This document shows, piece after piece, positions 53,666 to 64,000 of a stretch of DNA of 64,000 nt (position 1 is the stretch's first letter; each line of letters starts with the position of its first letter). Made by a program: the position numbers and the translations under genes. The stretch is from Felis catus (taxonomy: Eukaryota): contig NC_058368.1 of NCBI RefSeq assembly GCF_018350175.1, positions 187,490,001 to 187,554,000 of the forward strand, read 5' to 3'. Below the pieces are notes generated by a model. It was not told the DNA's origin, did no database searches, and worked only from the letters and a program-made list of their open reading frames with translations.

Positions 53666-54413
53666 AGAATTCTCCACACTTCCATATGGTTTGTTCTAAC
53701 AAAGAGTTAATACTAATGATTTTGGAAAGATATAAAATCATGTGTCAAAAAAAGGGGGAGAGATTAAAAATTCTGGAAAAAATATTAGTAAAATAGAAGA
53801 CACAGTAATAGTAATCATACGAAATGGAAATACACAAAGTAAAAAGCTGGGAAAAATGAAAAGAGCATCAGTGGACTATGAGACAGCTTCAAAGACCTAA
53901 AATACATGTAATTGGAGCTCCAAAGAAGGGGGGGGGGGGTGCCACAGAAAGAAAAGACTATTTGAAAAAAATGGATGAAAACTTTCCAAACTTGTTAAAA
54001 ACGATAAACCCAGAGACATGAGAAGCTAGAAAACCCCAAACAGCAGAAATATGAAGAAAACATCATAATCTAATTGTTCAATATCAGTGACATGGGGGTG
54101 GTTGGGGGCAGGGAGAAGTAGCTATTGAAAGAAAAAGCCATTAGGCACAGAGCAAGGATAAGAATAATAGCAGATTTCTCCTCATTGAAAAACATGCAAG
54201 ATGAGCAGCAGTGGAATTTCATCTTTAAAGTATTGAAAGAAAGAGGAAAAAAAAGCTGTCAACCTAGAATCCTACAATAAAGACTTTTTCAGACATACAA
54301 AAGCTGAAGGGATTCATTACCAGCAGATCCACACTTCAAGAATTATGTTGAAGGAGTTCTGCCAGCAGAAGAGACCCCAGATGGTCATCTGGAGCTCACA
54401 AAGGAGTGAATAA

Positions 54414-54417
<4 letters not shown>

Positions 54418-54448
<31 letters not shown>

Positions 54449-54503
54449 GGGGGGGAGGGGGGGAGGGGGTGGGGGTGGGGAGGGGGGAGGGGGGCAGGGA
54501 GGG
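54418..54503 (+). repeat. poly-G / G-run tract
   Basis: About 30 consecutive G followed by repeated G runs. Confidence 0.9.
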
Positions 54504-55034
54504 CATGTTTTCTGATGTAAATCTCTTCAAGAGGTGACTGTTTAAACAAAAATAATGACATGGTAATATGGGGTTTATAACATATTAGAAGTACAAATGT
54601 ATGACAGCAATAGCACAAAAGGCTGGAAGGGGAAGAAACACAAGTACACTATCCAAGGTTCTTACACCATACATGAAGTATCAAGTGATATAATACCTCA
54701 AAGTGGAGTGCAATGAGCTAAACGTGTATACTATAAATTCTAAAGCAAACACTAAAAAAGAACACATACACAAACACACATACAGTTATAGCTAATAAGC
54801 CAACAAAGAAGTTCATTTAAAAAAAAAAAAAATACTGGTCCGGGACCACACAATGCGCTCGATCGCCACAGCTCTTTAATGTGCAACCTCTTCCTCAGTC
54901 CTTCTTTGTCTTTCGTGACCTTGACATTTTTGAAGACTACAGGCCAGTTGGGTTGTCTTTGTTGTTTACTTTTGTTTGGTTGTAGAATGCCCCTCAGTTT
55001 GTGGTTCTCTGATAAAAACAATGTTCTTTTACTG

Positions 55035-55540
55035 TAAGTCAGATCACAACGGGGCCCTACTTAAATGGCTCCCATGGCTTCCCCAACCTTTGCACTTAGA
55101 TCAAGCACGTTGTTACAGAGCCTTTCCTGATGTGGCCTCAGCCTTCCCTCCACTTTTATCTCCCATCACACTTACCCTGCCATGCTCCAACCACATGCTG
55201 TTTCTTTCTTTCTTTCCTTCTTTCCTTCCTTCCTTCCTTCCAGCTTGTTCTCACCTCAGGGTTGTTCCCCATGCTCTTCCCTCCTGTCCTTCCTATCTCA
55301 GTTCCTAACCGCCACCCCAGAGGCATCTTCCCTAATCACCACTTCAAAGCAGCCCTCCCCCATAACCAGCCCCTGCCACTTCCGTTTAGTTTCTTCAGAG
55401 CACTTACCACCATCAGAAAGCAACTTGTTCGCTTGCTTTCTACCGAAATGAAAGCCTTGGCCAGAGAGTTCTCAGCACCTACAATGGTACCAGGCACACA
55501 GAAGGCCTTCAGTACATATTTCTGGGAAAAAAATGAATGA
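55035..55540 (+). mobile_element. L2 3' fragment
   Basis: GTAAGTCAGATCAC..TCTCAGCACCTACAATGGTACCAGGCACACAG..AATGAATGAA. Confidence 0.6.
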
Positions 55541-58500
55541 AGAAGGGACAGGGGGAGCCAAGAAAGAGAAAGAAAAAAAGAGGAAAGAAATACACTTTGG
55601 AAGAAAGGAGATCCCAGGGACATAACCAATATCTGTTGAAAGGCTTCCAAACGCTGAGGCCTCTCCTAAGCACTGTACATGTACCAACTCATTCATGGGA
55701 CAGTCAGAATCTGAAGTCACTGAACTTCTGAGACCCCAGACCCTCCACCAGTAGTATGAGGAAGTCCTCTAACTGCAGCCTCAGAGAGACATAAGGAGGG
55801 ATGCTCAGGCTCCCTAAAGCGATCTCCACAGTGGGTGAAAACCATGTAGAACAACAGAGACCCATCCTGAGTGGCCAGAATGAAGGTGTGAGGGGATTGG
55901 GAGCCACCTCTTGTGCCTAGCTCTCCTTCCTGGGAGGGACCCTGAGAGCTCCAAAGACCCCATTTTTTTACCACAAGATTTTGCCTCCTAAACTGAAAAA
56001 TATCAAAATGCAGAGAGAGAAAATGAAGGAGCAGCACAGAGATGCAGAGATGAGATCTGGGGAAAGAGTTCGGCTGATTTTCAAGTACCTGGTTCCAGGC
56101 CATTCCAGAAGTCCGGCTTCCCTCCTGCCCTTGGTGCCATGAAACACACTGTAGCCTCTAAGAGTCCTTTTTACTGAAGCTAGCTCTGGCTGGTTTCTGT
56201 TTCTGCAGAATGTCTGTTGATTTCAGAGAGCTGCCTTCAATTACTTGGAGGGGACCTCTCCCCCTTCAGGGTCTTGGTGGGAGGCAGAGAGCACACCCTC
56301 TACAGACTGGGAAATGTCAGTCATTCACTTTTCCAGTGTACCTTGCAGCTGGGAGGGTTAAACACGTGACCCAGGTTCACCAATTATATGTGCATATGCA
56401 GTGAAACAAGGCCCTAGAGAATCCATTTTAGCTGGAGTGGTGACACCTTTCACTCCATCATCCCTGTGGCAGCAGCATAAGCCTGGTATCTATGCCAGAC
56501 TGGGGCTGTGTCATCACACAGACTGCTGTTGTGACAGACACCTGACCTCCCTTGTCACTGCCCTTTATCTTGTGCCTGGGCTGTAGCTTTGCTGACATTT
56601 CTGTGACCCACCTGACATGCTTTCAATAAATTCCTTTTCTGCTCAAGTCAGCGAATTGGTTTCCATTACCTGCAACTGAGAATTCCAATGAATCCAGTTA
56701 CTTTCCACAAGAGTCATAATTCAAGGAGCTCAGTCTTGCCTGAGTTTTCTTTAAGTGTATATTGGGCTAGCCTTCTCTCCAGCCGCTAATTAATACTGTC
56801 TACTGTGCCCACAAAGGGAGAGCGAGCCCTGAGGTGGAAAGTCTCCTGCTGCATCTTATATTTTGGTGCACAATTACACGTTGCATAATCTGCTGCTGGC
56901 CCATGTCCCACTTTTGTGTGAATTAGGAAAAGGCTTGGCCATCAGCTGGGGACACCTTGTGCAGGGGATAACCTGCATAGCATGTGCAAAGGCCCTGGTG
57001 GCACATCTCTTCACAGCCCTGCTGAGCTGCGGCTGGCTGGACTGGAGGGGAGAATGCGCTAAGCACTTGTTTACAAATGGACAGATTCTCCATTTGGTTT
57101 GGGCTCAGTAGGGAAATCAACTTGGAAGGCATGGGCTTCACAGAAGCTTGTAAGATGAATGAAGCACAAAATGGCTTGCAAGCTGGAATCCAAGGGTGGG
57201 TTTCCAGGGGAGTCTTAAAACATCCTGAATTTTATATAAAATGTGTGGGGACATACATTCTTTGTAGAGAAAGTCTAATTATCAGCTTGTCTAAGTGTTC
57301 TGTGACCTACCTACCATACACACACATAAATTATAACTCTAAAACCACTGGTATGACCTGATCTTTCATTTTACAAATAAAAAAAGGAAGAAACAGAAAT
57401 GTTCAGAAAGGTCACAGAACTCATTAGTGGTCAAGTCAGAATGAAAATCCAGGTCCACAGCTTAAATAACAGAAATCTCTCTTTAGGTAGCATTTAGGTA
57501 GCATTCACATGGTCATGCCAACGAGGTGTCTTCAGTAAGAGAATTCCACCTGGTCTGGAATGTACCAGAAGTGGCAGGAAGCATGAGCAGTGCTGGTGTT
57601 CCAGACACCAGGCTCCCAGTGCCCCAGTCACCTTGCCCACCCCAACCTGGCCTAGAACAGGCCTGCCTTGGTGGTAGGGCACATCAAGGGCCACCAGGGA
57701 TAAATCGTGCCCCACTACTGTTCCCCCGACTCTCCTGTTCACACACTTGCATGTACCTACACCCAGGGGCCAGAGACACAGGAAACCTGTCGGCTGGAAA
57801 GTCACAAGTCACCCAGCTAGTGCTTTAAAGCAAGGAAAAATAATGTTTTTAATTTTTTTTTTAAATCTTAAACCCACACAGATATACTTGGCCCCCATAT
57901 TACCATCAAGGCCATGTGTGGGTGGGACAACCTCGTACATTCACATTCACCTTTCTCAGACAAGGCCTTCCTTTCTTGGGTGCCTATGATATTCATTTAT
58001 CAGCTTAAAAATATTGGGAACAGGGCTCCCAAACAGCAACCCCCAATGGCTTGTTTCTAGAGTTTACCGATTCCTTTTTCACAAAATCATAGGAATTACC
58101 CCAACAAACACGACTAACTGCTAACATATGGGCCAGATACTGTACTAAGTACCTGACATACATATTATAATTTCATCTTCACACTAAAGATAAATACTAT
58201 TACTATCCCTATTTTATAGATACAGAAGTAAAGCCAAAGAGGTAACTTGGCTAAAGTCACAAAACCAGGAAGAGGCAAAGCAAGGATTTATATCCAGGTC
58301 TCGTGGACTCCAGAGTCTCAGCTCTTAGCTGCTCTGCTATGTTAGGCTAAATTGCCTCTCAGGAGAGGGGGTGCTGGTTGGGGTTTGTGAGAATCCTTGA
58401 CTTTCTCCAGGGCTCTTCATCAAAAGTTCTAAACACAAAATGGAAGGATGCCTTCCTTAAGTCCTAGGTCTTCCAGTGAAAATAGGGCTTCAGAGAGTCT

Positions 58501-58741
58501 TCAACTATTGGCCCTGAAGAACTTCAGAGGTTTCTTCTAATCTTCTTATATTACAGGTGAGGACATAAAGAATCAGAGGGAATAAGTGACATGTGTGGGA
58601 CACACAACTAGCAGGTGGTCCCTTGACCTGCCAAACCAGGGCCCCAGAGTGGGAGACATTTTGTCCACTGTTATATGTGTGTGTGTGGGGGGGGGGGATT
58701 TTAGGGGCACACAGACAAAGCTTTAACTAATGTGGATTCTC

Positions 58742-58901
58742 AGGGCAGCTGGGTGGCTCAGTCAGTTGAATGTCTGACTTTGGCTCAGGTCATGATCTCA
58801 TGGTTCATAAGTTAGAGCCCCACCTCAGGCTCTGCACTGCCCTCTCTCCATCAAAGTAAATGATCAATGAATGAATGAATGAATGAATGAATGAATGAAT
58901 G
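58742..58901 (+). mobile_element. internally deleted Can-SINE with (TGAA)n tail
   Basis: SINE head followed by TGAA repeat. Confidence 0.8.
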
Positions 58902-59529
58902 CAGTGGGTTCTCTTACTGAGAAAAATATCCCTAGACTCCTCTGTTAGTCCTGATTAAGGAGACTCTGTCCATTCAGTGTGTGAATATGTCTGCAACAGT
59001 TCTTCAACACTTGTTAAACTCCCTTTTTACAGAGAGAGGGGCCTTTGGTGGGAAACAGTATAAGAATCAGCAAGAATGTGGCAACATTGTTGTATTTGGT
59101 TTTTTATAGGTTACCCTATAATTATGCTAGGTGATACAAGTTTTCCATTTATACTTTAAAGTTTCCATTTAAATATATGTATCTAGGTTAAAGAAAAATT
59201 AAGTCAATTTAAGGAAAACATTAAATGAATATTGGCCGCTTGCTATGATGCAAAGTAACCTCGAAAATTTCAATGAAAGTGCACGTTACTTCATCATCAC
59301 TTTTTAAGCAAATGACAATAACTACAATTTTAAAGCAGAGGAGGATTCTAATCATGGTGTGTTCACGGGACCAGAAATCATGCTACGTTGGGCTTCAGCT
59401 CCATACTCTGACTTCCTGTCTTTATAACCCCGCCCTCATCACTCACGGGCCCTCAGGGAAACTATTAGGCCACCTTGGGAGGAGTCTCGAGGACAGGGAC
59501 GGAGCTGTTTACAGCAACGAAAGAGGTGT

Positions 59530-59546
59530 GCCGCCCCCTGGTGGAC
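59530..59546 (-). promoter_or_regulatory. CTCF motif
   Basis: GTCCACCAGGGGGCGGC on minus, near consensus. Confidence 0.8.
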
Positions 59547-60397
59547 AGCTTGGAAAGCTGGGTCACCAGCTTTAGTGTGTATGCGCACAGGCAGGCCTGA
59601 CAATTGTTATGCGGTCCTTTCCTGTGTATTATGGGTAAGCACACATGTAAACATAGATCTGTAACTGTCTTTGAATTTCACTTCAGGACAGTAAAAGGGG
59701 TTTTATGTCTGCTACGACTGAGAACTACTGTCCTAGAAAACTAAGACTTGCTCCCTACTTTGAGGGCTTACTTACAGCCAAGGCTGAGGAGCCCCTAAGG
59801 CAGATTTCATTGTACCAAGTGTTATTCCCTTGCCTAACCAAATGCTCTCTGGTCTTCTGTCCAAATCGTGCCTCCCACGAGGCCCAGGCCTCCCTCCCTC
59901 CAGCTCACAGCTCTCGCCCTCCTCTGCAATCAGCACACACTTCTCTGGAGCCTCTTCATCCAGGATCACTGTAAACACTCCCTTTTCCAGAGTACCAGGA
60001 CTTGAACTAGATCCACCACAATGGACTTTGTACAAGTTACCTAACCAATCAGAGCCTGGTTCCCCAGCTATTAAAAATGCCCCTTGGTGCTGCTCTTGAG
60101 ATTCCACTAGACAATTCACATGAAGCACTTAGCATGATCCTGGCAGGGAGTAGATGCTCGGCGATGTCAGGGGATGGTGGGGATAACCGACAGCATCCCT
60201 TCCACCAACCCCTTTCCCCCAGTTTTATTTCAAGACGTGTCAGTAAATGTATACTGACTGATAAAAACAGTGTCAGGATTTGCAGATAGAACTTACACAT
60301 TCACCATGCTGACACAGTATCTGCTCTTGCCATCCAATTCAGCTAAAAGATTTTCAAATTAGAGAAAGCAGAAAATGAATAAATAAGAAGGCATGGG

Positions 60398-60413
60398 GTG
60401 CCCTCTAGTGGCA
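60398..60413 (-). promoter_or_regulatory. CTCF motif
   Basis: TGCCACTAGAGGGCAC on minus, with an upstream TGCAC module. Confidence 0.8.
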
Positions 60414-60991
60414 TAGGAGGAAAAGTGCATTCTGGAAATGGAAAACAGAGAGATTTAGCATAATTATTAAGAAGAAGGACAAGTGTTAAACTGAACCACG
60501 CAGTAATGCCTGAAAGATACAAGTGGGAACTTACTCTCTCCTCAGTGGACCATTATGGATGACTTTATTATCTGACTTTACCCCACATGAAGTGGTTCAC
60601 TCAAGGTCAGGTCATTAGTCAAGCGTAGAGCTGGAAATTTAAACCAAAGATGCCAACCACAAATCTGGAAATCTCTCCCCTATTGAGGGGCAACCGCTCC
60701 AGAGTCAGAGCCAAAACTCAGGCATTTTACATCCTTCACAGGACTTAACACAGTTATGCATAAAATAGATAGTTGGTCAGTTATATAATGAAATAGTAAA
60801 CACTTATGAAATGATCATTCTGTGCCCAACACTGTGCAAAGTGTTGTTAATAGATTGTTGTTCATAATAACTGTATGAGATAGCCTACTTTACAGATAAG
60901 AAAACCAACTCTGTAACTTGCCTAAGATCACAAAACCTGGGCTCACACCCAACCACACTAACTCCAGAGCCTGGTCTCTTATCTACTAAAC

Positions 60992-61500
60992 CACTAGTTT
61001 TCAAACTGTTTGGTCTCAGGATTCCTGTATGCTTAAAAAGTAATAAGGACCACAAGGAGCTTTTGTTTATAAGGACTATGCCTATCAATATTTATTGCCT
61101 GAGAAAGTAAAATGGGAATTTCAAAAATATTTACTAATTGATTTAAACACTGCAATAGCCTTCCTAATGTTAATATATTTTTGTGAAAAATAACTCTATT
61201 TTCCAAGATTTAAAAAAACCATTTAGTGAGAAGACTGACATTGTTTTACATTCTTATGGATTTCTTTACTATCTGGCCCTAAAAGGACAGCTAGTTTCTC
61301 TATCTGCTTCTGTGTTCAGTCTGCTGGGATATCGCACTTCAATTAGCTTCTGCAAAACTCCACTGTCCACTTGTGAGAGAAGAGAATACAAAGGGCAATA
61401 ACATCTTAGTATTATTACTGAAATACTCTTGACCTCTCATGCACCCCTGAAAGGGCTCCGGGGACCCCTGGGATCTCCAGACGCTCTTGCAGAACCACTG
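60992..61500. mobile_element. hAT-Charlie non-autonomous DNA transposon
   Basis: TTTTCAAACTGTTTGGTCTCAGGA start and GCAGAACCACTG end. Confidence 0.7.
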
Positions 61501-62449
61501 CCATCTATAGGGCAAATGAACGAAGCGCCCTGCCTTCCTGAGAGTCACTTCTGCAGGGAGTTCATTCCACCTGAAACACTCCTATCGACTTCTCACATGC
61601 TTTTTCTTCCTTTTTCCTTTTTTTCCTCCATTCTTGTTCTTTTCCTGGTAAGTGCATACGTTCTAAGTCAACTTTTTCTTCCTCTATGGTCTGGATGCAG
61701 ACCATCGGGGGGATGATGAACCTTGACACAGCATCCTACAAGCAGTAAAGAGGGGCTTTGTTTTAACCCTAGATGCCTCTAAAGACCAAGTATAAACTTT
61801 TAATTCCTATTATTCCATGTCTAGGGAAAAGAACTTATGAAATATCCTCATTCAATTTCATCCAGACTAAGAAACCTAGTATTGAGCAGTGATACTTCCA
61901 GTCAGGTTTCACTAAGAGAAATAGTTCTTAGCAGCAGAAGACAACCATACCTCACACCTAGAGGGAATCTTGGCTCCCAGTTGCCAACCCTCCCCCAGCC
62001 CCCCGTCAGCATCAGGGCAGAGGGTGCCCCCCTCCACCTCCACTGCCTCCAGTGATCCTCACTGCTGCTTCCAGACTACACTCCATTTCTCTGTTCTAAA
62101 ACCCAGCTCGGAATCTCACATCCAGGCTACATAATCCATTTGTCTGTCTTGTTGCAAAGACTGGGGTCACTTCCTTCCACTCTTGGAGATTTTGGCTCCC
62201 AGCTCAGTGCCATTCTAATACCACTCTGTTTATTCCTTCCAGGACCCTGCTCTCAAAATTACTGGACCATTCTCCTATGAGCTTGTTCCCCATCTGCCTG
62301 TCACTCATTCCTGTGGTCATCTGTTAAGACATTATCACTACCAGTAACTTCAAATTCTCCGTAACCTGACCTGCAAGCACCCCAGTCTCCATCTCCCCAG
62401 CTCAATACTACGCTATTCTCAACAACCTTTTGGTCCCCCAGGGATCTGC

Positions 62450-62990
62450 ACTTAAAATCCAAACTCATTTTTATGGCCTGTAATGTCCTACGTGATTTGG
62501 TGCCTGCCTACCTCTCTGGCATTGTCTCCTAACCCTCTCTCTACTACTCACCATGCTCCAGCCCCACTGACCATTCTGCAGTTCCTCAAACATGCCAAAT
62601 CCATTCCTACCTCAGGGCCTTTGCACTAACTCTCTCCTCCACCTGGAGAGTCCTAGCCCTGGATGTTCTTTGCCCTCCTTTCTCACCTCCTTCAAATCTT
62701 TTTCAAAAGTAACTTCTCATTGAGGACCTCCATAACCTATTTAAAACTTCAGCCCATCCATCCATCCACTCACCTACAGGACATTCCCTCTTCCCTACTT
62801 TATCTTTTCCATGGCACCTATCACTATCCAGCATATGGTATAGCTTACTATTATTTTGCAGATAGTTGGTTTCTTCCAGCTAGGATGAGGGCAGAGATTT
62901 TTATCTGTTTCGTTCAGTGCTATATCCTTGGTACCTAGAACATGCCTGGCACATAGTGACCGCTCAATATTTTCTGCACAAATGAAGGGA
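62450..62990 (+). mobile_element. L2 3' fragment
   Basis: CCTACCTCAGGGCCTTTGCAC..CCTAGAACATGCCTGGCACATAGT..CTCAATA. Confidence 0.75.
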
Positions 62991-64000
62991 ATTGGGCTGT
63001 GCAGATTTGAAACAACAAAAATAAGAGCTTATTAAGTCATCTTATACACAAAATTTTAAACAAAGTACCCACTCTCCCTCTTTACCCAACTGTCCCCTTC
63101 AGCATCTCTCCACACCATTTTCAGCCCTCTGCCTCCACCTACAATGCCGGACTGAAGGACGACTTGTTTTACTAGTTACATGCCCAGTTTTCAACCTAGG
63201 AATGCGAAACACTGTGCTCAACTAGCTTTTGATCTTTCTAGGAAGATGAAGCTGCCTTTTAAGCACATCTCTGCTGGATACCTCCAGGTTGGTCTCCCAT
63301 AGAGCCTCCGACAGGCTGTCCCTTCCAGTGTCAGTGCAAGTGTGCAGGAAACCAAACGCCAGCTGTGGCCTGGGCTCTGAACTGCATACCAATGGCAGGA
63401 AGCTCCCACCTCCTCAGTGGCCCTGCAAGATGGAGGGGAGGGATGACACGTGCCATCACCATAGAAACCCCTCCCACTCCTCAGGCACCAGAGGAAGGCT
63501 GGGCCTGCAGTCTGTTCCACTGTGTGCTCAGAGAAGTGGTTCATCAATCTGGCCTCTTCTTACAGGAAAAGAGGCCTCTTCATAAGGAGTGTAGTCACAG
63601 ATCCTCCTGGGAGCCTGCGCATACAGGGAAACAAGCAGCCACTTTGCTGCCATACTTCCTGTTGTAATTCAATCCCATGAACTGTCTGTCCCAGGCAAGG
63701 CTGTGGACTTGAAGACTGCAAAGATAAACATCCCCTTGGCCAACGCTTATTCTCTCTGGAGCAAAGGAATGGAAGATCTGTTGCTTGAGCGCTTGTGGCT
63801 AAGGTCTCCAAAAGTCACCAGACACAGCATGTCCTAAAGGTAGTTCTGTGCTTGCTGAGAGATGCAGAACCAGCCATCAGGAGACAAATGAGGCCTAAGA
63901 GAGGAGGTGGTCAGCTTTGTGTGTGCAGGGAAAAGCCATGTCCACCATGGGAGAGAGGGGTTCCTCCCCCTCCTACAGCCAAGAGTAGCTCCAAATGAAC

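Larger units (their letters stand above)
51540..54830 (+). mobile_element. ancient L1 (L1MC/MD-like) 5' UTR/ORF1 remnant, interrupted
   Basis: Degenerate ORF1-like sequence (GATGGGATTAGGAGCAGATTAGA; CATCTTTAAAGTATTGAAAGA; TGTCAACCTAGAATCCTA). Confidence 0.7.

Overview
Mammalian genomic DNA, most likely from a felid: it carries many tRNA-derived Can-SINEs of the SINEC_Fc type and carnivore L1 3' ends. I find no credible protein-coding gene; the ORF track is explained by SINEs, LINEs, microsatellites and chance. The window holds the miR-146a locus on the minus strand. The hairpin is at 19037-19135, with mature 5p TGAGAACTGAATTCCATGGGTT at 19094-19115. It lies in exon 2 of a predicted two-exon host lncRNA (MIR3142HG/pri-miR-146a orthologue), with exon 1 at ~33.54-33.65 kb and a ~14.3 kb intron. 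The CpG-rich promoter has two consensus NF-kB sites, an ETS site and an octamer. A candidate distal enhancer lies ~15 kb upstream, and three strong CTCF motifs flank the locus. This is a known system, the NF-kB-induced negative-feedback miRNA, not a new one. The observations that may be new are lineage-specific details: a SINE-donated poly(A) signal, a small ORF ending on the mature miRNA, intronic kB pairs, nested and inverted SINEs, and an orphan insert in an old L1. Repeat family names are by-eye assignments with approximate boundaries, and comparisons with human sequence are from memory and need alignment.
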